NCBI GenBank assembly: GCA_944358625.1
Contig: CALVRL010000003.1
Location: 1 to 41,255, forward strand
Direction of reading: 5' to 3'
Length of the DNA stretch: 41,255 bases
Origin: an uncultured Bacilli bacterium
GTDB lineage: Bacteria > Bacillota_I > Bacilli_A > RF39 > UBA660
Every line of letters starts with the position of its first letter. Position 1 is the stretch's first letter. The translations under genes were made by a program, and so were the position numbers. The notes under the pieces are model-generated. The model was not told the origin of the DNA. It was given only the letters and a program-made list of their open reading frames with translations, and ran no database searches. Below, one piece after another: positions 28,147 to 37,977 of the stretch.

Positions 28147-28404
28147 ATGGAAGATAAAATTAGGAATTTATTAGAAAAACCTATTATGGATGCGGGTTAT
28201 GTTTTAGATTCTGTTTTTTATGGTTTGGAGGATAATGTTAATACTCTTAGACTTGTTATTGATAAAAAAGGTTATATCAATGTTGGGGACTGTGTTAAGG
28301 TTAATGAAATAGTAAATCCAATATTGGATGAAGCTGATCCTATTAGTGAGAGTTATGTATTAGATATTTGTTCTAAAGAGAAGGGAAGTGGTATAGATGA
28401 ATAG
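28147..28404 (+). CDS. rimP: Ribosome maturation factor RimP, N-terminal domain only
   Basis: LRLVIDKKG.I.V.DC..V...LDEADPISESYVL; first gene of the nusA-infB operon. Confidence 0.85.
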   Translation: MEDKIRNLLEKPIMDAGYVLDSVFYGLEDNVNTLRLVIDKKGYINVGDCVKVNEIVNPILDEADPISESYVLDICSKEKGSGIDE

Positions 28405-29551
28405 TTTAGAATTTAAAAAAGCTGTCGATACTTTATCTAAAGAAAAAGGTATTGATAAAGATTATATTTTTGATGCAATGGAACTTGCTTTAACTAGTGC
28501 TTATAAGAAAAATTATCATTCTTTATCTAATGTTAGGGTTGATATTAATAGAGAAACTGGCGAAATTAAAATATTTTCTTATAAAACTGTTGTTTTTAGT
28601 AAAGAATATGAAAAGGAAGATGGGGTTTTAGAAAAAGAGGTTATTACTGATGAAGATGGTAATGAGGTAGTTAGAGAAAAAGAATTCCATTTTGATGATA
28701 GAATTCATATTACTTTAGAGGATGCGAGAAAAAAAGTTCCTGATATTCAAATAGGGGATACTATTGAAAAAGAGGTTACTCCTAAAGATTTTGGTAGGGT
28801 AGCTGCTTCTACGGCTAAACAGGTTGTCGTTCAAAAAATTAGAGAAGCTGAAAGAGAACTTATTAATAACGAGTTTCAAGATAAACAAGATGAAATGGTT
28901 ACTGGACTAGTTGCGATGGAGGATTTACGTAATTATTATATTGATTTAGGTAGAACGCAAGGTATTTTACCTAAAACGGAGATTATTCCTGGTGAGACTA
29001 TTAAAATGGGTTCTAGTATAAAGGTATATATTACAAAAGTTGAAAATAATTCTAAAGGTCCTTTGATTTTGCTTTCTAGAAAACATTTTGGTTTTGTTAA
29101 AAGACTATTTGAACTTGAAATTCCAGAAATAAATGAGGGTATTATTTTAGTTTATAGTGTGGCTAGAGATGCTGGTAATAGAACTAAAATTGCTGTTTAT
29201 TCTGAAAATAGTAATGTTGATCCTGTTGGATCTTGTATTGGTGAACATGGTTCACGTATTAATAGAATTATAGAGGAACTTAATGGCGAGAAAATCGATA
29301 TTGTTAAATATGAAGCTGATCCTGCTAGATTTATCGAGAGTGCTTTAAGTCCTGCTCATAATCTGCACGTTTTTATAACTGATGAAAAGAAGAAGGAAGC
29401 TTTAGTAATTGCGGATGGCGAGAATTTGTCTCTTGCTATTGGTAAAAAGGGTATGAATGTTAAATTAGCTGCTAGACTTACTCATTTTAAAATAGATGTT
29501 GAGACTGTAGAACAAGCTAAAGAAAAAGGTATTAATATTTATGAAGGTTAG
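28397..29551 (+). CDS. nusA: Transcription termination factor NusA
   Basis: FGRVAASTAKQV, ARDAGNRTKIAV, DPVGSCIG, LSLAIGKKG.NVKLAARLT. Confidence 0.97.
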   Translation: MNSLEFKKAVDTLSKEKGIDKDYIFDAMELALTSAYKKNYHSLSNVRVDINRETGEIKIFSYKTVVFSKEYEKEDGVLEKEVITDEDGNEVVREKEFHFDDRIHITLEDARKKVPDIQIGDTIEKEVTPKDFGRVAASTAKQVVVQKIREAERELINNEFQDKQDEMVTGLVAMEDLRNYYIDLGRTQGILPKTEIIPGETIKMGSSIKVYITKVENNSKGPLILLSRKHFGFVKRLFELEIPEINEGIILVYSVARDAGNRTKIAVYSENSNVDPVGSCIGEHGSRINRIIEELNGEKIDIVKYEADPARFIESALSPAHNLHVFITDEKKKEALVIADGENLSLAIGKKGMNVKLAARLTHFKIDVETVEQAKEKGINIYEG

Positions 29552-29801
29552 AAAAATACCGATGAGAACTTGTGTGATTACTAAAGAAAAATTACCTAAA
29601 AAAGAACTTATTAGAGTTGTTAGAACGCCTGAACATGATGTCATAATTGATGAATCTGGTAAGGCTAATGGTAGAGGAGCTTATTTAAAAAAAGATAAAG
29701 AGGTTTTTTTGAAAGCTAAAAAAAATAAAATTTTAAATAAAGTTTTAGAAGTTGATGTGCCAGATAAGGTATTTGATGAACTTAATGATTTATTAGATTA
29801 G
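29541..29801 (+). CDS. ylxR: YlxR (RnpM) RNA-binding protein
   Basis: RKIPMRTCV...KKELIRVVR...GKANGRGAYL. Confidence 0.95.
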   Translation: MKVRKIPMRTCVITKEKLPKKELIRVVRTPEHDVIIDESGKANGRGAYLKKDKEVFLKAKKNKILNKVLEVDVPDKVFDELNDLLD

Positions 29802-29818
29802 AAAAGAGGTGCATAAAT

Positions 29819-31897
29819 ATGATGAGTGTTAGAGAATATGCGGAGGATATTAACCGTGATGTTTCTTTGGTTTTGGAAAAGTGTTTAGAGCTTGATATAG
29901 ATGCGAAAAATGAAGATGATATGCTTGATGAAGAGGCTATTATTATGCTTGATAATAGTTTTGATGAAGTGGATGAAGAGTTAGAAGATGAAAAAATTGA
30001 AGAAGAAGCTCTTTTAGAAGAACGCGAAATGAAGTCTGTTAAACCTGAGAAAAAGAAAAATAAAATTTCTAAAGATAAGACTTTGGCTCAAAAGAAAAAG
30101 GAAATGTATAAAAATAAAGAAAAATTACAAAGTAATGCGCCAGTAGAAAATGAAAATGTTATTTTATATAAAGAAAACATGACTATTGCTGAACTTGCTA
30201 AAGCGATGGGTGTTAATTCTACAGAACTTATTAAAAAATTATTTTCTTTGGGTTTTATGGTTAATGTTAATAGTGCGGTTTCTTTTGATCAGGCTGAAAT
30301 TTTAGTTTTAGATTATGGTAAAGAACTTAAAAAAGAAGAAACTGCTAATGTAGCTAATTTTGAGGAATTTGAGGTTCATGATAAGGATGAGGATTTAGTT
30401 TCTAGACCTCCTGTTGTTACTATTATGGGTCATGTCGATCATGGTAAAACTACTTTGCTTGATGCGATTAGAAAAACTAATGTAGCTGAAGGTGAAGCTG
30501 GGGGTATTACACAGGCTATTTCTGCTTATCAAGTTAAACATGATGGCAAATTAATTACTTTTATTGATACTCCTGGTCATGCTGCTTTTACTGAAATGAG
30601 GGCTAGAGGTGCTAGTATAACTGATATTGTCATTATTATTGTGGCTGCTGATGATGGGGTTATGCCTCAAACTAGAGAAGCTATTGATCATGCTAAAGCG
30701 GCTAAAGTTCCAATAATTGTAGCTATTAATAAAATGGATAAACCTGGAGCAAATCCTGATAGGGTTATGACGGAAATGGCTGATGCTGGATTAATGCCTG
30801 AAGAGTGGGGCGGAGATATTATATTTAATAAAATTTCTGCTGTTACTGGCGATGGTATTGGTGATTTACTTGAGAATATTTTATTAATTGCTGAAGTTAA
30901 TAATTATAGGGCTAATCCTAATAGATATGCAATGGGTACGGTTGTGGAATCTAAACTTGATAAACATCTTGGGCCTACTTTGACTGTTTTGGTTCAAAAT
31001 GGTACTTTGCGTTTGGGTGATCCTATTGTTGTGGGAACGGCTTTTGGTAAGGTTAGAACTTTGAAAAATGATAAGGGTGAGGAAATTACTGAAGCTTTAC
31101 CTTCACAACCTGTTGCTATTACGGGTCTTAATGATGTACCTGCTGCTGGTGATAGATTTATGAGTTTTGCTACCGAAAAAGAGGCTAAAAATATTGCTTC
31201 TATTCGTAAAGAGCAAGTTAGAGTTAAAGAAAATAATATTAAATCTAGTGTTTCTTTGGATGATTTGTTTGCTAAAATTGGCGAGGGCTTGAAAGAAATT
31301 AATGTAATTATTAAAGCTGATGTTAATGGTAGTGCTGAGGCTGTTAAGAATAGTTTACAAAAAATAGAGGTTGACGGTGTTAAGATTAATGTTATTAGAA
31401 GTACTGTTGGTTCTATTACGGAAAGTGATATTGTTTTAGCTAAAGCTTCTAGTGCTATTATTATTGGTTTTAATGTTAGACCTTCTAAAAATATTGCGGA
31501 TAAGGCTAAAGATGATGGTGTTGAGATTAGATTTTATAATATTATTTATAAGGCTGTAGAGGATATGGAAGCTGCTATGAAGGGTATGCTTGATCCTGAA
31601 TTTGAAGAAAAGGTTTTAGGTAGTGCTATTATTAAACAGATATTTAAATTTTCTAAAGTTGGAAATATTGCTGGATGTTCTGTTAGTGATGGTATTATCA
31701 AAAGAGATTCATCAGCTAGAATTATTCGTGATGGTGTTGTTATTTATGATGGTAAAATTGGCTCTTTACAGCACGAAAAAGATAGCGTTAAAGAAGTTAA
31801 AAAGGGATATGAATGTGGTATAACTATTGAGGGCTTTAATGATATTAAAGTTGGAGATGTTATAGAATCTTATGAGATGGTAGAGGTTAAAAGATAA
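29819..31897 (+). CDS. infB: Translation initiation factor IF-2
   Basis: RPPVVTIMGHVDHGKTTLLD, DTPGHAAF, NKMD. Confidence 0.98.
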   Translation: MMSVREYAEDINRDVSLVLEKCLELDIDAKNEDDMLDEEAIIMLDNSFDEVDEELEDEKIEEEALLEEREMKSVKPEKKKNKISKDKTLAQKKKEMYKNKEKLQSNAPVENENVILYKENMTIAELAKAMGVNSTELIKKLFSLGFMVNVNSAVSFDQAEILVLDYGKELKKEETANVANFEEFEVHDKDEDLVSRPPVVTIMGHVDHGKTTLLDAIRKTNVAEGEAGGITQAISAYQVKHDGKLITFIDTPGHAAFTEMRARGASITDIVIIIVAADDGVMPQTREAIDHAKAAKVPIIVAINKMDKPGANPDRVMTEMADAGLMPEEWGGDIIFNKISAVTGDGIGDLLENILLIAEVNNYRANPNRYAMGTVVESKLDKHLGPTLTVLVQNGTLRLGDPIVVGTAFGKVRTLKNDKGEEITEALPSQPVAITGLNDVPAAGDRFMSFATEKEAKNIASIRKEQVRVKENNIKSSVSLDDLFAKIGEGLKEINVIIKADVNGSAEAVKNSLQKIEVDGVKINVIRSTVGSITESDIVLAKASSAIIIGFNVRPSKNIADKAKDDGVEIRFYNIIYKAVEDMEAAMKGMLDPEFEEKVLGSAIIKQIFKFSKVGNIAGCSVSDGIIKRDSSARIIRDGVVIYDGKIGSLQHEKDSVKEVKKGYECGITIEGFNDIKVGDVIESYEMVEVKR

Positions 31898-32134
31898 ATG
31901 TTTTTTAAAGAAAAAATAGGTGTGGCTTATGTGCTTGATGATAGTATAGATAATGGAGAATATATACTTGATTTATATATTGTTTATTTAGATAAAAGTC
32001 AGTATGAGTTTAAATTATATAAAAAAATATCTAATTTCAGTCTAGAGCCTTTATATAATTTAATTGATGAGGTTGAAGCTAAACCTATTGATTATTATAA
32101 AAGTCAAGATTTTGGAAAAGGTCTTAAAAGCTAG
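31898..32134 (+). CDS. Small hypothetical protein
   Basis: 78-aa ORF abutting the infB stop and followed by a terminator-like hairpin (~32126-32156); no YlxP motifs recognised. Confidence 0.55.
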   Translation: MFFKEKIGVAYVLDDSIDNGEYILDLYIVYLDKSQYEFKLYKKISNFSLEPLYNLIDEVEAKPIDYYKSQDFGKGLKS

Positions 32135-32182
32135 CTTTAAATGTGCTGGCTTTTTTGTTATAATTATTTTGGAGATGATATT

Positions 32183-32524
32183 ATGAATATTAAAACAGAA
32201 AGAATTTCTGATGCTTTAATTGAACAGATTAGTTATATTATTGCTACTGAAGTTAAAAATAGTCATATTAAATTTGTAACAATTACTGATGTTAAGGTTA
32301 GTAATGATTTAAGTTATGCTAAAGTTTATTTTACAGTTTTAGATGAAAGTAAAATTGATGTAACTAGTAAGGCTTTAAAAGAAGCTAGTGGTTTTATTCG
32401 TCATGAACTTAGGGATAGGGTTGATATTAGACAGATTCCTGAACTTGAATTTGTATATGATGAATCTATCAAAAATGCTCAAAAAATAGAAGATATAATT
32501 GATAAATTACATGAAGAGGGATAA
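32183..32524 (+). CDS. rbfA: Ribosome-binding factor A
   Basis: VTITDVKVSNDLSYAKVY, ASGFIR, IRQIPELEF.YD.S; ATG 32183 after RBS GGAG. Confidence 0.96.
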   Translation: MNIKTERISDALIEQISYIIATEVKNSHIKFVTITDVKVSNDLSYAKVYFTVLDESKIDVTSKALKEASGFIRHELRDRVDIRQIPELEFVYDESIKNAQKIEDIIDKLHEEG

Positions 32525-32549
32525 ATGTGTGAAAAAGTAATATAAAAAC

Positions 32550-32578
32550 TTGACAAGCATAGTATTTATATGTATAAT
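32550..32578 (+). promoter_or_regulatory. SigA promoter of the infC operon
   Basis: Perfect TTGACA-N17-TATAAT. Confidence 0.9.
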
Positions 32579-32584
32579 CGTTTG

Positions 32585-32714
32585 TGTAATTTGAAAAAGG
32601 AAAGAAGAAGTATCCACTTCTCACCCGATTACTTATAGGTGATGGGTTTAATGCCAAATATAGTTTTTACTTATTTTATTGTGCATTAGTGGATACTTTG
32701 TATTCACTTTTTTA
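32585..32714 (+). ncRNA. L20 leader (infC attenuator)
   Basis: AAGTATCCACT (32608-32618) is complementary to AGTGGATACTT (32688-32698), which alternatively forms terminator AGTGGATAC-TTT-GTATTCACT-TTTTT; upstream of infC-rpmI-rplT. Confidence 0.85.
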
Positions 32715-32729
32715 TTGGAGGTGTCTAGT

Positions 32730-33257
32730 ATCGCAAGAGATAAAGATTTGTATATCAATGAGCAAATACGAGCAAAAGAGGTTATGGTAATTGGTCCAAA
32801 TGGTGAACAGTTAGGTGTTAAGCCTATTAAAGATGCACTTACTTTGGCTGATTATGCGGGTTTTGATTTAGTATTAATGAATCCTAATGGTAAACCGCCA
32901 GTTTGTAAGATTATGGATTATAATCGTTATAAGTATGAGAATAAGAAAAAACAGAAGGAAAATATGAAAAAACAAAGAGAGGCTAACTTAGATATGAAAG
33001 AATATAAACTTTCTGTAAATATCGATGTTCATGATTTTAATACTAAATTAAATAATGCGAGTAAGTATTTAGAAAAAGGTCATAAAGTAAAAGTTAGTGT
33101 TCGCTTTAAAGGACGTGAAATTACTCATAGCTATTTAGGTAAAGATGTTTTACTTCGTTTTGCGGATGGAGCAAAAGATATTGCTATTATCGAGCAAATG
33201 CCTAAAATAGACGGTCGTATTATGTCAATGATACTTGCGCCAAACAAAGAAAAATAG
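32730..33257 (+). CDS. infC: Translation initiation factor IF-3 (probable ATC start)
   Basis: INEQIRAKEV, PPVCKIMDY, FKGREI; RBS GGAGG (32717-32721) lies 8 nt before in-frame ATC 32730. Confidence 0.95.
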   Translation: MARDKDLYINEQIRAKEVMVIGPNGEQLGVKPIKDALTLADYAGFDLVLMNPNGKPPVCKIMDYNRYKYENKKKQKENMKKQREANLDMKEYKLSVNIDVHDFNTKLNNASKYLEKGHKVKVSVRFKGREITHSYLGKDVLLRFADGAKDIAIIEQMPKIDGRIMSMILAPNKEK

Positions 33258-33268
33258 GAGGAATGTTT

Positions 33269-33469
33269 GTGGCTAAAATTAAAGCAAAATCTCATAAGGG
33301 ATTAAGTAAAGTTTTAAAGGTTAGAAAAAGTGGTTCAATTAAATTTCAACCAGCTATGAAAAACCATAAATTAACACACAAAAGTAACCAGTCAAGAAGA
33401 AGAAGACATCATGAATCAGAAATGAGTTCTTCTGATATTAAAAGATTAAAAGATTTAATTAATAAGTAG
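33269..33469 (+). CDS. rpmI: 50S ribosomal protein L35
   Basis: Small basic protein K.KSHKG..K...H.LTHKS between infC and rplT; GTG 33269 fits RBS spacing. Confidence 0.9.
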   Translation: MAKIKAKSHKGLSKVLKVRKSGSIKFQPAMKNHKLTHKSNQSRRRRHHESEMSSSDIKRLKDLINK

Positions 33470-33480
33470 GAGGGATATAA

Positions 33481-34038
33481 ATGAGAGTTAAAGGTGGAAC
33501 TATACATGCTGCTCGTCGTAAAAAAGTTTTAAAACAAGCTAAAGGTTATTTCGGTAGTAAGCATAGACTTTATAAAACTGCTAAAGAACAAGTTATGCAT
33601 TCAGGTGCTTATGCTTATAGAGATAGAAAAAATAGAAAAAGAGATTTTAGAAAATTATGGATTACGAGAATTAATGCGGCTTGTAGATTAAATGATATTA
33701 GTTATTCTAAATTTATGAATGGTTTAAAGAAAGCTAATATTGATATTAATAGAAAAATGCTTGCTGAAATTGCTATCGATGATGCAAAAGCATTTACTGA
33801 ACTTGCAAATGTTGCTAAAGCAGCTTTAGAAGGAAAAGAATATAAAGTTTCTGTAAAAAAAGAAGTTAAGAAAGAAGTAGAAACTAAAAAAGAGGTTAAA
33901 AAGGAAGTTAAATCTAAAGAAGAAAAACAAGATTTAAGTAAATTAACTGTAGCTGAACTTAAAAAGTTAGCTAAAGAAAAAAATATTGATGGTTACAGTA
34001 CAATGAAAAAAGCAGAACTTTTAGATGCTTTAAAATAA
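33481..34038 (+). CDS. rplT: 50S ribosomal protein L20 with C-terminal Rho_N-like extension
   Basis: [30 protein letters not shown]; then a K/E-rich linker and [33 protein letters not shown]. Confidence 0.96.
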   Translation: MRVKGGTIHAARRKKVLKQAKGYFGSKHRLYKTAKEQVMHSGAYAYRDRKNRKRDFRKLWITRINAACRLNDISYSKFMNGLKKANIDINRKMLAEIAIDDAKAFTELANVAKAALEGKEYKVSVKKEVKKEVETKKEVKKEVKSKEEKQDLSKLTVAELKKLAKEKNIDGYSTMKKAELLDALK

Positions 34039-34057
34039 GGGATTAATCCCTTTTTTT
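34037..34057 (+). terminator. Terminator after rplT
   Basis: AAGGGAT-TA-ATCCCTT followed by a T-run. Confidence 0.75.
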
Positions 34058-34064
34058 CTTAGGG

Positions 34065-34562
34065 GTGGTATTTATGAATTTATATATTGATTTTGATGGT
34101 GTTATTTATAATACTATTGATGTTTCTTATAAAATTGCAGAAGACGAGGGTATAAATAAAGATTATGAAAGTTATTATCAGTTTTTTAAAAGTTTAGACT
34201 GGTGCGATGTTTTAGAAAAATCTTCTGAAATTAATGATGCTTTTAAGGCTATTAGAAAAATTATCGATAGTAAGAAGTTTAATGTGTTTGTTTTAACGCA
34301 TGTTGTTTCTTTAGAGGAAGCAGAATTTAAGGTTAATTTGATTAAAGATCATATAAGTGATATTACAGTTATTCCTGTACCTAAAAATTTACCTAAATAT
34401 AAAATGGTCGATGTAAAAGATTCTATTTTAGTTGATGATTATCCAGAAAACTTAAGAGAATGGAAAAAAGCTGGTGGTATTGGAATTAGATTTGATTTAG
34501 ATATGGATGGTAAGGGCTTTCCTGTCATATGTCATTTGGATGAACTTATAGAAATGTTTTAA
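34065..34562 (+). CDS. HAD-superfamily hydrolase, 5'(3')-deoxyribonucleotidase-like
   Basis: DFDGV motif I, LT, K, ILVDD..NLREWKKAGGIGI; likely start ATG 34074. Confidence 0.8.
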   Translation: MVFMNLYIDFDGVIYNTIDVSYKIAEDEGINKDYESYYQFFKSLDWCDVLEKSSEINDAFKAIRKIIDSKKFNVFVLTHVVSLEEAEFKVNLIKDHISDITVIPVPKNLPKYKMVDVKDSILVDDYPENLREWKKAGGIGIRFDLDMDGKGFPVICHLDELIEMF

Positions 34563-34620
34563 ATAATATGTACAAAGTATATTAAAAAATGGTATAATTG
34601 TACTACTTGGAGATGAGGAT

Positions 34621-35613
34621 ATGTTAGTATTAGCCAAAGCTGTACTGTCAATTATGTTAGGTTTCTCAGTCTCAGTTATTTTTGGCTATTTTGCCATCAA
34701 GTGGCTGAAGAAAAAACATATTAGACAGCAAGTTAGTTCAACACTAGGTGAAAGACATAAGAAAAAAAATGGTACACCAACTACGGGTGGAATAATATTT
34801 ATTATTCCGACGGTTTTAATTATGATAGCTCTGGTGCTTACTGGAAAAGTTGATTTTTCCACTAATTTATTTATCGTATTATTTGTATTTATTGCTTATG
34901 CGATATTTGGTTATGTTGATGATTATTTGATTATTAAAAAACATAATAATGATGGACTTAGTATATTTTGGAAACTCGTTTTACAAATAATTGTTGCTTT
35001 AGTATTTTTCTATATGTTTTTGAGTAGTGGTAATGAACCTATTGTCGATATTCATACTTTGGGTATAAAGCTTGATTTGGGATGGCTTTATGGTATGTTT
35101 TTGTTATTTGTTTTAGTTGGAAGTAGTAATGCTGTTAATATTACTGATGGTTTGGATGGTTTAGCTGGAGGTTTATCTGCTATTGCATTTTTTGCTTTTG
35201 GTATTATTACTTGGGGTGCGGACTGGGCATCTGGTAATGAGGCTATCGCAATATTTTGTTTTGTATTAGTTGGATCTTTGGTTGGATTTTTATTTTATAA
35301 CTGTTATCCTGCTAAAATATTTATGGGTGATACTGGATCTTTATCTTTAGGAGCAGCACTAGCTAGTGTGGCTATTATTACTAATCACGAAATCACTTTA
35401 ATTATCGTGGCTGGTGTATTTGTAATTGAAACATTAAGTGTTATTATTCAATGGATTGCAATAAGTAAATTTCACACTAAAGTTTTTCTTATGGCACCAC
35501 TTCATCATCATTTTGAAAAGCTTGGATGGAGTGAAAGTGATGTAGTTAGATTATTTTGGTCTGCTGGTTTACTTTTAAGTATGGCGGCTATAGGCTTTGG
35601 TGTATGGATATAA
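34621..35613 (+). CDS. mraY: Phospho-N-acetylmuramoyl-pentapeptide transferase
   Basis: KNGTPTTGG, GYVDD, NAVNITDGLDGL, FMGDTGS, MAPLHHHFE. Confidence 0.97.
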   Translation: MLVLAKAVLSIMLGFSVSVIFGYFAIKWLKKKHIRQQVSSTLGERHKKKNGTPTTGGIIFIIPTVLIMIALVLTGKVDFSTNLFIVLFVFIAYAIFGYVDDYLIIKKHNNDGLSIFWKLVLQIIVALVFFYMFLSSGNEPIVDIHTLGIKLDLGWLYGMFLLFVLVGSSNAVNITDGLDGLAGGLSAIAFFAFGIITWGADWASGNEAIAIFCFVLVGSLVGFLFYNCYPAKIFMGDTGSLSLGAALASVAIITNHEITLIIVAGVFVIETLSVIIQWIAISKFHTKVFLMAPLHHHFEKLGWSESDVVRLFWSAGLLLSMAAIGFGVWI

Positions 35614-35625
35614 GGAGGATTAATT

Positions 35626-36879
35626 ATGGCAAAAAGTGAAAAAGAAATTGAAATTGTTATTGATGGAAAAGAATGGAAAGAAGCTTTAGATAAGGCTTTT
35701 AAGAAAGCTAATAAAACTGCTAAAATCGATGGTTTTAGACCTGGTAAAGCTCCTAAGGAAGTATTTATTAAAAAATATGGTAAGGCTTCTTTATATATGG
35801 ATGCAGCTGATGAGGCAGCTGATTTAGCTTATCAAAAAATGTTAAAAGATCATAAAGATGATGTTGCTGAACTAGTTGCTAGACCTGAAATTGCTTTAAA
35901 AGATGTAGATGATGATAAGATTACATTTATCTTTACTCTTACTTTAAGACCTACTGTTAAACTTGGTAAATATACTGGTTTAGGTATTAAAAAAGATGAG
36001 GTTAAAGCTAGTGAAAAAGAGATAGCTGATGCTATTGACCATATGAGAGAAAGATATGCTGAAGATGTTATTAAAGAAGGAAAAATTGAAAACGGAGATA
36101 TAGCGGTTATCGATTTTGAAGGATTTGTTGATGGTGTTCCATTTGATGGTGGAAAATCAGAAAATTATTCTTTGAAAATCGGTAGTGGAACTTTTATTCC
36201 TGGTTTTGAAGAAGGTTTGATAGGTCTTAAATCTGGTGATGAAAAAGATGTTAAGGTTAAGTTTCCAGATGATTATCATGCTGATGATTTAAAAGGTAAA
36301 GACGCTATATTTAAAATTAAAGTACATGAGGTTAAAGAGGTTAAAATTCCTGAACTAGATAAAGACTTCTTCGATGATTTGGGTATGGAAGGTATTACTA
36401 CTAAAGAGGAATTGGAAGCTCAAATTTCTGAAAATATAATTGTTCAAAAAGAATCTCAAGCTGAAAATAGATATTATGATGATTTACTTGAGGCTGCTGC
36501 TAAAAATGTAGAAGTTGATATTCCTGAGGCTATGATTAGTGAAGAGTTAGATAGAATGGTTGGTCAATATTCAGATCATTTAAAAATGCAGGGTATTACT
36601 CTTGAACAGTTCTATAAACTTACTAATTCTGATGAAGCTGCTTTGAAAGACCAAATGAGACCTGAAGCAATTAAGAGAATTACTTATAGACTAATGCTTG
36701 AAGAAATTGCTAAAAAAGAAAAAATAGAAATTGATGATAAAGAAGCTCAGGAAGAGGCTAAAAAATTAGCTGAAAAATATCAAATGAAAGAAGATGAATT
36801 CTTAAGTGCATTTGGCGGAATTGATATTGTTAAATACGATATGAGAATGCGTAAAGCTATGGAAATCTTAAAAAAATAA
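35626..36879 (+). CDS. tig: Trigger factor
   Basis: GFRPGKAP ribosome-binding loop; FKBP domain FIPGFEEGLIG. Confidence 0.97.
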   Translation: MAKSEKEIEIVIDGKEWKEALDKAFKKANKTAKIDGFRPGKAPKEVFIKKYGKASLYMDAADEAADLAYQKMLKDHKDDVAELVARPEIALKDVDDDKITFIFTLTLRPTVKLGKYTGLGIKKDEVKASEKEIADAIDHMRERYAEDVIKEGKIENGDIAVIDFEGFVDGVPFDGGKSENYSLKIGSGTFIPGFEEGLIGLKSGDEKDVKVKFPDDYHADDLKGKDAIFKIKVHEVKEVKIPELDKDFFDDLGMEGITTKEELEAQISENIIVQKESQAENRYYDDLLEAAAKNVEVDIPEAMISEELDRMVGQYSDHLKMQGITLEQFYKLTNSDEAALKDQMRPEAIKRITYRLMLEEIAKKEKIEIDDKEAQEEAKKLAEKYQMKEDEFLSAFGGIDIVKYDMRMRKAMEILKK

Positions 36880-36946
36880 GATTTCTTTTTTTTAAAATAT
36901 TTTGATTTTTTCCTGTTTTGCTTTATAATTATAAGTGGTGTAGGTT

Positions 36947-37966
36947 ATGAACAAAAGGTATTTGGTTATAATTTTAGTATTTATTATTTTAATAAATGTT
37001 TCTTTTATATTTTGTAAATCTTATTTTAGTGGTGTTAAAATAGGAAATACTAAAAAAAATAATAAATCTATTAGTGAAATTCTTTTAAATAAGATTAATT
37101 ATAATAAAAATATTATTCAAAATCATGAATTTCAAAAATGTATGAATAAGAGTTTTGATGAAAATAATTTTAGTAAAGAATTAAAAATTAAAAAAGAAAA
37201 AATAATCAGTTTATATGATGATTTGGATGCTAATTTTATGTATTCAGATTTAATAGATAATTATAGTTTTGGAAAAGATATAAATGAAGAAAGTTATGCA
37301 GCTAGTGTAACTAAACTTCCTTTAGCTATATATATTTACAAGGAAGCCGATAAAGGAAATATAGATTTAAATAAAGAAATAACTTTTTTATCTAAATATA
37401 AAGTTAGTGGTAGTGGAGTTTTAAAGGAAACTGATTATGGTAAAAAATATAAGATAAAAACTGTTTTAGAGTATGTCATTAAGTTTAGTGATAATGCAGG
37501 TTATGATATGCTTTTAGATGAAATTGGTGGCACTGATAAAGTTAAAAATTATTTTAGTAAATTAGGATATGAAATAAAGTATTATGATAATTTTGGTGAT
37601 ATTACACCTAGTCTTGGTAATGGATATATCAAAGAAGTTTATAAATATTATTTATCTGGTAGTAAAAACGCTAAAAAATTAGTAGATGATATGATTAACT
37701 CTGATAATTCTAAATATGTTAAAACGGGTGATGTTTTGGTTGCCCATAAATACGGTGAATATGTAGAAGGCGGTGGATATTATAACGATGTTTCTTTAAA
37801 CTTTACTGATTATCCTTTTGCTTTATCTATAACTAGTACTTTGGGTTATTCAGATGAAATGGAAAATTTATTTAAAAAATCTCACGAACTTTCTATTAGT
37901 TTTAATGAGTTATATCATACTGAAAAGTATAATTACTGTAAAGGGAAAGCACATATTTTAAATTAG
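36947..37966 (+). CDS. Serine hydrolase, class A beta-lactamase-like fold (membrane-anchored)
   Basis: AASVTKLP (SxxK), SDN, HKYG, YNDV; N-terminal TM helix. Confidence 0.85.
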   Translation: MNKRYLVIILVFIILINVSFIFCKSYFSGVKIGNTKKNNKSISEILLNKINYNKNIIQNHEFQKCMNKSFDENNFSKELKIKKEKIISLYDDLDANFMYSDLIDNYSFGKDINEESYAASVTKLPLAIYIYKEADKGNIDLNKEITFLSKYKVSGSGVLKETDYGKKYKIKTVLEYVIKFSDNAGYDMLLDEIGGTDKVKNYFSKLGYEIKYYDNFGDITPSLGNGYIKEVYKYYLSGSKNAKKLVDDMINSDNSKYVKTGDVLVAHKYGEYVEGGGYYNDVSLNFTDYPFALSITSTLGYSDEMENLFKKSHELSISFNELYHTEKYNYCKGKAHILN

Positions 37967-37977
37967 GAGGTGATAAT

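Noticed and set aside
32469-32657. 62-aa minus-strand ORF
   Set aside because: Overlaps the rbfA end, the infC promoter and the L20 leader; no coding signal.
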